The position numbers and the translations under genes are program-made. Below, piece after piece: positions 1-9,099 of a DNA stretch of 64,000 nucleotides. A model generated the notes under the pieces. It saw nothing but the letters and a program-made list of their open reading frames with translations, searched no databases and was not told the origin of the DNA. How positions within the stretch are numbered: the first letter of the stretch is position 1; each line of letters opens with the position of its first letter. This DNA comes from an uncultured Pseudomonas sp. (GTDB taxonomy: Bacteria; Pseudomonadota; Gammaproteobacteria; Pseudomonadales; Pseudomonadaceae), in NCBI GenBank assembly GCA_964578635.1, contig CAZOEC010000004.1, forward strand, positions 8,268 through 72,267, in the 5' to 3' direction.

Positions 1-22
1 TCAGGGAGCGATTGCGGGGCAT
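1..22 (-). CDS. 5' end of a gene leaving the window (MPRNRSL...), possibly a second DUF2946 protein
   Basis: ATG at 22 on the minus strand; only 7 codons visible; resembles the DUF2946 N-terminus at 2708 and follows PCuAC. Confidence 0.3.
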
Positions 23-144
23 CACGGCAACTCAAGATTCCTGCGCCGAGTATGGCCAGGGCGGCGCGCGGGACAGCTGACGAAAATCAATTCCGGGATA
101 GATCGCGAAAAAGATTGCGCCCCTCTGCGCAGCAGCGGGGCTAA

Positions 145-284
145 CAGGCAGTTGAAAAATGTAGGCGAGGCAGCCGAGACAAGGCAAAAACAGGCGAAAA
201 AGCGGAGTTTACGTGTTGTAAATGAGCATTTTGAGCCTGTTTTTAACGCAGTATCGGCAACGTAGGTAGTTTTTCAACGGCCTG
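145..284. mobile_element. 140-bp ERIC-like MITE, copy 1
   Basis: TIRs CAGGCAGTTGAAAAA / TTTTTCAACGGCCTG; CTAA direct repeat at 141-144 and 285-288; related copies at 2795, 33540 and 61069. Confidence 0.8.
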
Positions 285-291
285 CTAACGA

Positions 292-774
292 TCAGTGCGC
301 GTGACCGTCACCATGGGCCGGTTCGACCACGGGTGCCTCCTTCTGCACCGCCACTTCCACCTCGACCGCGCCGGCCTTCTCGAAGGTCAGGGTCAGCGGG
401 AAGCGCTCGCCGTCCCTGGCCTGCTGCTGCAGGTTGAACAGCATCACGTGGTAGCCCATGGGGGCGAACTGCACTTCGCCGCCGGCGGGAATCGCCACGT
501 TCTGCACCTGCTGCATCTTCATCAGGCCATCGGCATGAATATGTTCGTGCAGCTCGGCCTTGCCGGCGTGCGGGGTGCTGACGCCGAGCAGGCGGTCGTC
601 CTCGGTGCCCTTGTTGTGCACCACGAAATAGGCGGCAGCCGTGGGTGCCACGGCAGGCATTTGCCGCGACCAGGGGTGCTCGATATGCAGCTCACCAGCG
701 CTGTAATCATGGGCGCTGGCAAACAGACTGGGGCTCAGCAGTGCGGCGATCAGCAGGGTCTTCTTCAGCAACAT
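292..774 (-). CDS. Periplasmic copper chaperone PCu(A)C
   Basis: Signal peptide, ELHEH..GLMKM...GYHVML motif, AGGAG RBS before ATG 774. Confidence 0.92.
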   Translation of the reverse strand: MLLKKTLLIAALLSPSLFASAHDYSAGELHIEHPWSRQMPAVAPTAAAYFVVHNKGTEDDRLLGVSTPHAGKAELHEHIHADGLMKMQQVQNVAIPAGGEVQFAPMGYHVMLFNLQQQARDGERFPLTLTFEKAGAVEVEVAVQKEAPVVEPAHGDGHAH

Positions 775-852
775 GGTGTTCTCCTGTAGAGGACTGACAG
801 TCCAGACGTACGTGGTAAGGCGAAGCATTGACGCGGGCCGGGCCCGCGCCGG

Positions 853-2232
853 TTATTCCATTCCGGCGTTGGCCAGGCGCTGCCCGGGCAGACACGACAG
901 CAACCAGTCCAGCGCCCAGATCAGCAGCAGGGACGCGCCCACCAGCGGGAAGGCGACACCGAGCAGGCCGATGATGACGATGGCGCTCTTCCAGCGCGGC
1001 AGATCGTGACGCAGCGGCGGTACGCCGAACGTGCCGGCCGGGCGACGTTGCCACCACATGATCAGGCCACTGATCGCGCTGAGCAGAATCAGCAGGCAGA
1101 CCAGCAGCATCAGCAGCTGATTGGCCAGGCCGAACAGCTTGCCCTCGTGCAGCTTCACCCCGGTCTCCACGGTTCTCGCCACCGCGCCGTAATCCTGCCA
1201 GCGCACATCGGCCAGTACCGCACCGCTGTACTGATCGATATGCAGGGTCGCGTCGTTGCGTGGGTCATCGGCGAACAGCGCAATGCTGTACACCCCGGTC
1301 TCGCCCTTGGGCAGGGTGATGCTGTAGCCCGGCTGCACGCCGCGCGCGCTGGCGGTGTCGACCACCTGCTGCAGGCTGACCTGGGGCGCGGTAATTGCCG
1401 CCGTGCTGGCCGCGTGGCCCTGATGCGCGGCATGGGGATCGGAGGCCGGCAACGGCGTGGTTTCCACCGCCCAGGCCACGGTCTGCTGGCGGCTGTTATT
1501 GAGGCTGCCGGTGAGCGTGCCGGACTGCGGCACCTCATCCCACATCGCCGCAGGGAAGTGGTTCCAGGCCCCGGCAAACTGCGCGCCCCAGAAGCCGGTC
1601 CAGGTCATCCCGGTAAGCAGCATAAACAGCAGCAGTAACGCGCCCCAGAAGCCGGTCACCGCATGCAGATCACGCCATAGCAGTCGGCCACGGGCCGTCA
1701 GCCGTGGCCAGAGCACGCCAGCGCCGGAGCGCCCGCGCGGCCACCACAGGTAAAGGCCGGAGACCACCAGGACGATGCCCCAGCCGGCGGCCAGTTCGAT
1801 CAGGCGGTCGCCCAGGGTGCCGATCATCAAATCGCCGTGCAGCTGGCGGGCAATGGCCTGCAGGTTGTACTGCGCATCCTGGCTGCCCAGCAATGTGCCG
1901 CGGTAGGGGTCGACAAACAGATTCAGGCCCTGCCCGCCCTGCTCGACGACGAACTGCGCGCTGCGGCCCTCGGCCACCGGCGGCAGGTATTGGCTGATCG
2001 CAGCCTCGGGATAGGCCTGTTGCACCACGGCCAGCTGCTGCTCGGCGCTGAGCTGCTGCGCGGCCACCGGCACCTGCAGCAGCTCGGCATACAGCAACTG
2101 ATCGAGCTGCGGCTTGAACAGGTAGATGATCCCGGTCAGCGACAGCAGGATCAGAAACGGGATCACGAACAGCCCGGCATAGAAATGCCAGCGCCAGGCC
2201 AGGTTGTAGAAAGAGCGCGCGGGTTGGCGCAT
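853..2232 (-). CDS. PepSY-associated TM helix protein
   Basis: WRWHFYAG, VDPY.G, LHGDL, SGLYLWWP, DLHAVTG and LHEG motifs. Confidence 0.9.
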   Translation of the reverse strand: MRQPARSFYNLAWRWHFYAGLFVIPFLILLSLTGIIYLFKPQLDQLLYAELLQVPVAAQQLSAEQQLAVVQQAYPEAAISQYLPPVAEGRSAQFVVEQGGQGLNLFVDPYRGTLLGSQDAQYNLQAIARQLHGDLMIGTLGDRLIELAAGWGIVLVVSGLYLWWPRGRSGAGVLWPRLTARGRLLWRDLHAVTGFWGALLLLFMLLTGMTWTGFWGAQFAGAWNHFPAAMWDEVPQSGTLTGSLNNSRQQTVAWAVETTPLPASDPHAAHQGHAASTAAITAPQVSLQQVVDTASARGVQPGYSITLPKGETGVYSIALFADDPRNDATLHIDQYSGAVLADVRWQDYGAVARTVETGVKLHEGKLFGLANQLLMLLVCLLILLSAISGLIMWWQRRPAGTFGVPPLRHDLPRWKSAIVIIGLLGVAFPLVGASLLLIWALDWLLSCLPGQRLANAGME

Positions 2233-2321
2233 AAGTCGACTCCAATAGCTTGCATATACCGGCCCCGCGCGGGCTAGCGGGCGCGGCAACGGCAGGAATA
2301 TCCGGGCAGGGTGCCGGATGG

Positions 2322-2708
2322 CTATGGAGTAAACGGGGACGCGCGGGGATTGGCCGAAGGCCAGAGATAGCGGACAGGTCGCGGGGTGAAGAAGAAGGTC
2401 AGCAGTGGCGCGCGACTGGGAGCAAGCAGCCCCAGCAGGCCAAAGAACGCCGCGAGAATGATCGCGCTGAAGGTGGAGCTCAGGGAACAACCGGAGCCGG
2501 TGGCGGGATTGGGCGCAACCACGCCGGAGCCATCCAGGTCCGCACCGGCACCGAAGTTGCCTTCGAAGGAGCAGTACTGGCTGCTCAGCCCGCTGAGCTG
2601 TAGACCGGCCATCTGCCCGTGACCAATACTGCAGGCGAACGCGCTGAACAGAACGCTGAAATACAGCATCCAGGCCAGCAGGCGACGGTCAGTACGGGTC
2701 AATTTCAT
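2322..2708 (-). CDS. DUF2946 family protein
   Basis: AWMLYFSVLF..FAC N-terminal hydrophobic segment and C-terminal WPSANPRASP. Confidence 0.85.
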   Translation of the reverse strand: MKLTRTDRRLLAWMLYFSVLFSAFACSIGHGQMAGLQLSGLSSQYCSFEGNFGAGADLDGSGVVAPNPATGSGCSLSSTFSAIILAAFFGLLGLLAPSRAPLLTFFFTPRPVRYLWPSANPRASPFTP

Positions 2709-2794
2709 GGGGCGCGACTCTAGCATTGCTCTGGGGCGCATGTGGCGCAGCGGCACTGCGATGGATTGCCGCAGCGCGCTGGCGGCAATCTTAG

Positions 2795-2934
2795 CAGACC
2801 GTTGGAAAATGTTGGCGAGGAAGCCGAGACAAGGCAAAAACAGGCGAGGAAGCGGAATGTACGAGCTGTACCTGAGCATTCCGAGCCTGTTTTTAACGCA
2901 GTATCGGCGACGTAGGTAGTTTTCCAACGGTCTG
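2795..2934. mobile_element. 140-bp ERIC-like MITE, copy 2
   Basis: Perfect TIRs CAGACCGTTGGAAAA / TTTTCCAACGGTCTG flanked by TTAG and CTAG; core aligns with copy 1. Confidence 0.8.
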
Positions 2935-3852
2935 CTAGTTCGGCCAGGGCGCATCCGCCAACAACTCTGCACAGCGAGCTTGGACAAACTCACGCAGCAG
3001 CAACACCGGCTTACTCAGTTGTGCACGGTGCGCGCAAATCAGGTTGAGCGGTGTCGGCTCACCGCGCAGCTCGGGTAGCAGCACCTGGAGCCGTCCGGCG
3101 CGTACATCGCCGGCCACATCCAGCCAGGATTTGTACACCAGGCCGGCACCACTCACCGCCCAACGCCGCACCACATCGGCGTCGTCACTGACCCGGTCGC
3201 CTTTGACGCTGATGCCCTGCTCACGCTTGCCATCGCTGAAGCGCCAGCGGTCATGCAGCCGTCCGCCGAGCATATAGAGCAGGCAGTTGTGCTCGGCCAG
3301 CTCCTCCACTGCTTGCGGCGCGCCATGCCGTTGCAGGTACTGCGGCGCGGCGCACAGCACGCGGCGATTTAGCGCCGCCACCGGCAAGGCGACCAGGCTG
3401 GAATCCTCCGGTGCGCCATAGCGCAGGGCGATGTCCACCGGCTCGCGAAACAGATCGGCCACGCGATCACCCAGCAGCAACCGCAGCTGCACCTGCGGGT
3501 GCGTCTGCTGAAATTCATCCAGCCAGGGCAGCAAGGTGTTACGGCCAAAGTCCGAGGGCGCGGACAGCTGCAGCGGCCCTCTGATGCCGACCTTGCTGCC
3601 GGCCAGTTGCTGCCGACCGTCATCCAGGCTCTGCAGGGCCAGACGTGCATGGCCAAGAAACAGCTCGCCTTCGGGCGTCAGCCGCAGGCTGCGGGTGGAA
3701 CGGCTGAACAGGCGCACCTGCAGTTGCTGCTCCAGGCGTTTAAGCGCGGCACTGGCCACCGCCGGAGAAATATCCAGACGCCGCGCCGCCGCCGAGAGAT
3801 TGCCCAGATCGGCGGTGGTGACAAACAACTGCAAATCATCAAAACGCAGCAT
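2935..3852 (-). CDS. LysR family transcriptional regulator
   Basis: N-terminal HTH (LSAAAR..SPAVAS..LE..L...LF.RSTRSL.LT), CrgA-like substrate domain. Confidence 0.95.
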   Translation of the reverse strand: MLRFDDLQLFVTTADLGNLSAAARRLDISPAVASAALKRLEQQLQVRLFSRSTRSLRLTPEGELFLGHARLALQSLDDGRQQLAGSKVGIRGPLQLSAPSDFGRNTLLPWLDEFQQTHPQVQLRLLLGDRVADLFREPVDIALRYGAPEDSSLVALPVAALNRRVLCAAPQYLQRHGAPQAVEELAEHNCLLYMLGGRLHDRWRFSDGKREQGISVKGDRVSDDADVVRRWAVSGAGLVYKSWLDVAGDVRAGRLQVLLPELRGEPTPLNLICAHRAQLSKPVLLLREFVQARCAELLADAPWPN

Positions 3853-3864
3853 GGCGGCTCATTA

Positions 3865-3879
3865 TCAAAAAAATATTGA
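3865..3879. promoter_or_regulatory. Putative LysR binding site
   Basis: TCAA-N7-TTGA dyad in the AT-rich divergent intergenic region. Confidence 0.5.
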
Positions 3880-3957
3880 AAGAGACTCTAGTAGCCGACG
3901 GTTTTTCTCGTCAATCAAATAACCGAGCATGGCCTCCTCTTGAACCGGAGCCCAGCC

Positions 3958-4251
3958 ATGTCGAGCCCACTCACTCTGATCGCCACCATCACCGCCCGCC
4001 CCGGCCATGCCGAGGCGGTTGAGGCCGGCCTGCGTCAGCTGGTGCCGCCCAGCCAGGCCGAAGCCGGTTGCCTGCAGTACAACCTGCACCTGCATCAGCA
4101 GCAGCCCAACCGCTTCATCATGGTCGAGCAATGGCAGGACGCCGCCGCCCTTAGCGCGCACCAGCAGACCGCACATTTTCTGCACTTCGGCGAAACCTGC
4201 GGCAGCCTGCTGGAACAGGTCGACCATCAATTAATGCACCGTATTCTCTAA
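3958..4251 (+). CDS. ABM / putative quinol monooxygenase
   Basis: EAGCLQYNLH, FIMVEQW, AH..T.HF pattern. Confidence 0.88.
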   Translation: MSSPLTLIATITARPGHAEAVEAGLRQLVPPSQAEAGCLQYNLHLHQQQPNRFIMVEQWQDAAALSAHQQTAHFLHFGETCGSLLEQVDHQLMHRIL

Positions 4252-4262
4252 GGAGCGCTCTC

Positions 4263-5279
4263 ATGAAAGCTGTCGCCTATTACCACTCCCTGCCCGCCGA
4301 CCACGCCGAGGCTCTGCAGGATGTCGAACTGCCTGCGCCAACGCCCGGCCCACGCGATCTGCTGGTCGAGGTCAAGGCCATTTCGGTCAACCCGGTGGAC
4401 ACCAAGATCCGCCGCAACGTCGCCCCAACAGACGGTGCGGCCAAGGTGCTGGGCTGGGATGCCAGCGGCATCGTCAAGGCGGTGGGCAGCGAAGTCAGCC
4501 TGTTCCAGCCCGGCGACCGGGTGTATTACGCCGGAGCGATCAACCGCGCCGGGGCCAACAGCGAACTGCATGTGGTGGATGAGCGCATCGTCGGGCATAT
4601 GCCCAAGAGCCTGCCGTTTGCCGAAGCTGCCGCGCTGCCGCTGACCGCGATCACTGCCTGGGAACTGCTGTTCGAACGCTTGCAAATCACTCAAGGCAAC
4701 GCAGATCAGGGCCAGAGCCTGCTGATCGTCGGCGCCGCCGGCGGTGTCGGCTCGATCCTTGTACAGCTGGCCCGTCAGCTCACCGGCCTGACCGTGATCG
4801 GCACAGCATCCCGCCCCGAGACCCAGGCCTGGGTGCGCCAGCTGGGCGCACACCATGTGATCGACCATCGCCAGCCGCTGAGCGAGGAACTGCAACGTAT
4901 CGGTATCAATCAGGTCACCCACGTCGCCAGCCTGACCCAGACCGATCAGCACTTCGCGCAACTGGTCGAAGCCCTGGTCCCGCAAGGCCGTCTGGCGCTG
5001 ATCGACGACCCGGAGCAAGCGCTGGACATCATGCAGCTCAAGCGCAAAAGCCTGTCGCTGCACTGGGAGCTGATGTTTACCCGCTCACTGTTCGAGACCG
5101 CCGACATGATCGAGCAGCATCGCCTGCTGCAGCGGGTTGCCGAGCTGGTGGATGCCGGCACCCTGCATACCACCCTCGGCGAGCATTTCGGCAGCATCAA
5201 CGCGGCCAACCTGCGCCGCGCGCATGCTCTGCTGGAGAGCGGCACGGCCAAGGGCAAGATCGTTCTCGAAGGGTTCTAA
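4263..5279 (+). CDS. Zinc-binding alcohol dehydrogenase family (MDR, quinone-reductase-like) oxidoreductase
   Basis: SVNPVDTK, LPLTAITAWE, GAAGGVGS; AGGAG RBS. Confidence 0.92.
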   Translation: MKAVAYYHSLPADHAEALQDVELPAPTPGPRDLLVEVKAISVNPVDTKIRRNVAPTDGAAKVLGWDASGIVKAVGSEVSLFQPGDRVYYAGAINRAGANSELHVVDERIVGHMPKSLPFAEAAALPLTAITAWELLFERLQITQGNADQGQSLLIVGAAGGVGSILVQLARQLTGLTVIGTASRPETQAWVRQLGAHHVIDHRQPLSEELQRIGINQVTHVASLTQTDQHFAQLVEALVPQGRLALIDDPEQALDIMQLKRKSLSLHWELMFTRSLFETADMIEQHRLLQRVAELVDAGTLHTTLGEHFGSINAANLRRAHALLESGTAKGKIVLEGF

Positions 5280-5293
5280 ACGGTCCAAAGCAA

Positions 5294-5329
5294 GCCCGGC
5301 GCGCACATCGCGCGCCGGGCAGCTTTTTT
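5294..5329 (+). terminator. Intrinsic terminator
   Basis: 11-bp GC stem GCCCGGCGCGC/GCGCGCCGGGC followed by AGC and T6. Confidence 0.7.
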
Positions 5330-5437
5330 ACTGCAGGTGCTGCATTCGACGATGGGCCGGCTAGACTCAGTGCATTGCCTCGTTGCCCGGCAAGACCCAC
5401 TTCATTCTTCGACCCATCTAGCCATTGGCGGTAAGGG

Positions 5438-7285
5438 ATGCGACCCGATCTTCACGGTCCACTGCGTCTGGCCGGCGTATACAGCCTGTTCAGCAGCCTA
5501 TGGATATTTGGCAGCGATAGCCTGCTGCAGGCAATGGTCCAGGACGGCGAGCTGGCGGCCGACCTGCAGACCGCCAAGGGCATGCTGTTTATTCTGCTCA
5601 GCACCCTGTTGATCTTCGTTGTCAGCTACCGCGACCGCCGGGCTCAGCGGCTCCTGGTCGAAGAGCTGACCCACAGCACCAGCCTGCTGCAGCAGACGCA
5701 ACGTCATGCCGGCCTCGGCAGCTGGGAATACAGCACCTGCTTCATCTGGACCGCGGAAGCCCTGGCCCTGCTCGGTCACGACACGGATGAAGAGCTCGAC
5801 AACCGCCAGTGCAGCCTGGAACGCCTGCTCAGCTGGCTGCACCCGGCCGATCGCCCCGCCGCGCAACGCGCCCTGCAGGCCCTGCTGCACGAGCGCAAAC
5901 CCATGACCCTCAGCGCCCGCCTGTATCAGCCACACAAACTGCAGGCCACCTGGTTGCTGCTGCACGGTGAAGTCAACGAACAGGACCGCATCATTGGTAC
6001 GGTGCAGGACATCAGCAGCCAGAAACGCGACGAAAGCGCCCTGCGCGAGAGCGAACAGCGCTTTCGCCAGCTGTTCGAACAGACGCCGCGTATCGCCGTA
6101 CAGGGTTACGACCGCGAGCGCCGGGTGATCTACTGGAACCAGGCCAGCACCCAGCTATATGGCTACAGCCTGCAGGAGGCAATCGGCAAGCGCCTGGAAG
6201 ACCTGATCATCCCGCCCACCTCGCGCACCCAGGTGGCTGCCGCCATCCAGAGCTGGCTGCTCGGCGGCCCCGCCATTCCTGCCGCGGAGCTGCGCCTGCA
6301 ACGCAAGGACGGCAGCCAGGTGTGGGTCTACTCCAGCCACTCGATACTGCGCAATAGTCGCGACCAGCTGGAAATGTACTGCATCGATATCGACCTCAGC
6401 GAACAGAAGCAGGTCTACGGCGAGCTGCTGGCCAGCGAAGAACGCTTTCGCGAGCTGGTCGAGCAACTCAGCGATGTGATCTTCCTCGCCGATGCCCACG
6501 GCCACCTGACCTTCTACAACCCGGCCTGGGAAAAGCTCAGCGGTTATCTGAGCGATGAAAGCCTGGGCCGCCCGCTGACCCAGTTTCTCGATGACGAGGA
6601 CGGCCAAAAGCTGGCCAAGCAGATCAGCGCCCTGGCCAGGGGCGAGGAGACCAGCCTGCGCAGCGAATACCGCCTACTGACCCGCAATGGGAAGATCCGC
6701 AGGATCGAACTGCAGCTCAGCCGCAGCCAGCCGGACAACAGCCTGCGCGGCTGCCTGCGCGATATCCACGAACGCTTCCAGACCCAGGAGCTGCAAAACG
6801 CGCGCAATGCGGTACTCGATGAACTGCTGGCGCGCCGCCCGCTGCCGCATATTCTCGACAATATCAGCCGTCGGCTGCAGGGCCTAAACCCGCATATGCT
6901 GGTGTCGATCATGCTGCTGGACCCGCAACAACGCCTGCATCTGGGGGCCGCACCCAGCCTGCCGGAGAGCTACTGCAAGGCCATCGACGGCCTGCAGGCG
7001 GCACCGGAAGTGGGCTCCTGCGGGCATGCGGCCTGCAACGGCGAACTGGTGATCGCCGAAGACCTCAATCAACATCCCTTCTGGCGCGACTTTCGCGAAC
7101 TGACCAACGCCGCCGGTCTGCGCGCCTGCTGGTCGCTGCCGTTCAAGGATGACAGCAACAGGGTGCTGGGCACCTTCGGCATCTACTACCACCACTGCGC
7201 CAGCCCGAGTAACGAGGATATTGCCCTGGTCACCGAGTTCACTCGCCTGGCCGGCCTGGCCGTGCAGCAGCAGTGCAATTACTGA
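5438..7285 (+). CDS. Membrane-anchored multi-PAS + GAF sensor protein with no output domain
   Basis: Two N-terminal TM segments, three PAS/PAC units (HPAD, SEQRFRQLFE, SEERFRELVE), C-terminal GAF (GSCG, ACWSLP..GTFGIY). Confidence 0.8.
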   Translation: MRPDLHGPLRLAGVYSLFSSLWIFGSDSLLQAMVQDGELAADLQTAKGMLFILLSTLLIFVVSYRDRRAQRLLVEELTHSTSLLQQTQRHAGLGSWEYSTCFIWTAEALALLGHDTDEELDNRQCSLERLLSWLHPADRPAAQRALQALLHERKPMTLSARLYQPHKLQATWLLLHGEVNEQDRIIGTVQDISSQKRDESALRESEQRFRQLFEQTPRIAVQGYDRERRVIYWNQASTQLYGYSLQEAIGKRLEDLIIPPTSRTQVAAAIQSWLLGGPAIPAAELRLQRKDGSQVWVYSSHSILRNSRDQLEMYCIDIDLSEQKQVYGELLASEERFRELVEQLSDVIFLADAHGHLTFYNPAWEKLSGYLSDESLGRPLTQFLDDEDGQKLAKQISALARGEETSLRSEYRLLTRNGKIRRIELQLSRSQPDNSLRGCLRDIHERFQTQELQNARNAVLDELLARRPLPHILDNISRRLQGLNPHMLVSIMLLDPQQRLHLGAAPSLPESYCKAIDGLQAAPEVGSCGHAACNGELVIAEDLNQHPFWRDFRELTNAAGLRACWSLPFKDDSNRVLGTFGIYYHHCASPSNEDIALVTEFTRLAGLAVQQQCNY

Positions 7286-7393
7286 GCGCACTATCGGACC
7301 AACGGCAGGCCGCCGGGCAGACAATTGATGCAGGTCAGAGAACATTCATATTCGCCGACTAGACTGGGGCTCCCCCTAGCGGAGAATGCGCCC

Positions 7394-7570
7394 ATGAAGC
7401 TTGTGATACAGCCGGTAAACCAGCCCCAGGGCTGTTGGCAGGTACGCCTCGATCAGCACCGCGTGACCTTTCGCAACGAAGCCGAAGCCCGCCAGTTCGT
7501 CGCCACCCTGCAGGCACGCCTGCAAGCCCCCCATAGCCTGCCCCGGGAGCGGCAGCGCATCGCCAGCTAA
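7394..7570 (+). CDS. Small hypothetical protein (58 aa)
   Basis: GGAG upstream; WQVRLDQH.V.FR.EAEAR pattern recalled from small Pseudomonas proteins. Confidence 0.7.
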   Translation: MKLVIQPVNQPQGCWQVRLDQHRVTFRNEAEARQFVATLQARLQAPHSLPRERQRIAS

Positions 7571-7583
7571 CAGCGCGCCATGG

Positions 7584-7712
7584 GTAGGGTGCGCCATGCG
7601 CACCGCCTGAGGCCGCGGTTGGTGTTGAGCGCAGCAAAGCCCAACAGGCAGTGACGTGCGTGGCTGGGCTTTATCGCCTGGTTCCCCAAAGAAACATCGC
7701 CTCTACCCAACC
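7584..7712. repeat. GTAG-type REP cluster
   Basis: GTAGGGTGCGCCATGCGCACC plus TTGAGCGCAGCAAAGCCCAAC ... CTACCCAACC. Confidence 0.7.
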
Positions 7713-8890
7713 AAACCGGCGCGCCGTTCGGCCCATCGGGTCAGGCGCGAGAACAGCACAGCCAGCAGGCCGCAACCGAAGATCACCATCGCCATCGGCC
7801 AGGCGCTGCCGTCATGCAGCAGCGCGACCAGCGCCGCCGCGCTGGCGGCAATCGTGAACTGCAGGCTGCCGAGTAACGCCGAGGCGCTGCCGGCGTGGCT
7901 GCCCTGCCCGGCCATGGCACAGGCCGAGGCATTGGGCAGCAGGATGCCCAGGCAGGCGATGCAGGCGAACAGGGGAATCAGCAGGGGCCACAGCGCCTGC
8001 GGCCGGGCGTTGGCCACCAGCACCAGCGCCAGGGCCGCACCCAGGTAGAACCATACGGTAATGCGCAGCCAGTAGCCCGGACCGTGACGGGCCACCAGCC
8101 AGGCATTGAGCTGCGCCACCAGGATAAAGCCCAGGGCATTGCTGCCGAACAGCCAGCCGTAGTGCTCGGCCGGCACGCCGTAGAGTTCGATAAAGACGAA
8201 GGGCGAGCCGGCGATATAGGCAAACATCCCGGCGATGGCGAATCCGCCGGTCAGGGCATAACCGAGAAACGGCCAGTCGCCGAATAGCCGGCGATACTCG
8301 CCCAGGGCCCCGCGCAACGGCGCGGGCGGCGCATCCTTGGCCAGGGTTTCCGGCAGCCACAGAGCCACGGCCAGCAGGCACAGGGTGCCGAACAGGGCCA
8401 GGCAGATAAAGATCGACGGCCAGCCCAGGGTGCTCAGCAGCAAGCCGCCGGCCAGCGGCGCGAGGATCGGAGCCAGGCCCATCACCAGCATCAGCTGGGA
8501 AAACGCCTTGGCCGAATTGATCGGGTCACACAGGTCGCGCACCACCGCCCGCGACACCACCATGCCGGCGCAGCCGCCCAGGGCCTGGACGAAACGCGCG
8601 CCGATCAGCCACTCCAGGCTCGGAGCCAGGGCGCAGGCCAGGGACGCCAGGCTGAACAGCAGCACCCCGGCCAGCAGCGGCTTGCGTCGGCCAAAACGAT
8701 CGGCCAGGGGCCCATAGATCAGCTGCCCGATGGCCAACCCGGCAAAGTAGGCCGACAGCGACAGCTGCACATGCTCGACATCGGTGGCGAACACCCGCGC
8801 CAGGGTGGGGAAACTCGGCAGATAGAAATCGATGGCCAGAGGCCCGAAGGCGCTCAGCGCGCCAAGGATCAGCAGAATACGTAGGGGCAT
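7703..8890 (-). CDS. Bcr/CflA family multidrug MFS transporter
   Basis: PLAIDFYLP, GPLADRFGRR, about 12 TM segments. Confidence 0.93.
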   Translation of the reverse strand: MPLRILLILGALSAFGPLAIDFYLPSFPTLARVFATDVEHVQLSLSAYFAGLAIGQLIYGPLADRFGRRKPLLAGVLLFSLASLACALAPSLEWLIGARFVQALGGCAGMVVSRAVVRDLCDPINSAKAFSQLMLVMGLAPILAPLAGGLLLSTLGWPSIFICLALFGTLCLLAVALWLPETLAKDAPPAPLRGALGEYRRLFGDWPFLGYALTGGFAIAGMFAYIAGSPFVFIELYGVPAEHYGWLFGSNALGFILVAQLNAWLVARHGPGYWLRITVWFYLGAALALVLVANARPQALWPLLIPLFACIACLGILLPNASACAMAGQGSHAGSASALLGSLQFTIAASAAALVALLHDGSAWPMAMVIFGCGLLAVLFSRLTRWAERRAGLVG

Positions 8891-8935
8891 GGTGGCTCAA
8901 CAGTGCAAGCGGTTAAACGAATGACGTTCCGGTTC

Positions 8936-9099
8936 GTAGGGTGGGTTAGTGGCGCGGAACCGGGCTAGCACGACAACGACGAAAGTAGCGCGCCACGTAA
9001 CCCACCAGGCGGTAATCGGCATATCCCGCCTGGTGGGTTACGGCGCGCCAAAGGCTCCGGCCTGACCGAGCCTTTGCGCACGCGCCTAACCCACCCTGC
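8936..9099. repeat. REP doublet (REPIN-like long hairpin)
   Basis: GTAGGGTGGGTTAG...CGTAACCCACC / GGTGGGTTACG...CTAACCCACCCTGC; same family at 28096. Confidence 0.8.

Noticed and set aside
145..2934. Composite transposon carrying the copper cassette
   Set aside because: Copy 1 has its own CTAA duplication, the outer flanks differ (CTAA vs CTAG) and the TIRs differ, so independent insertions fit better
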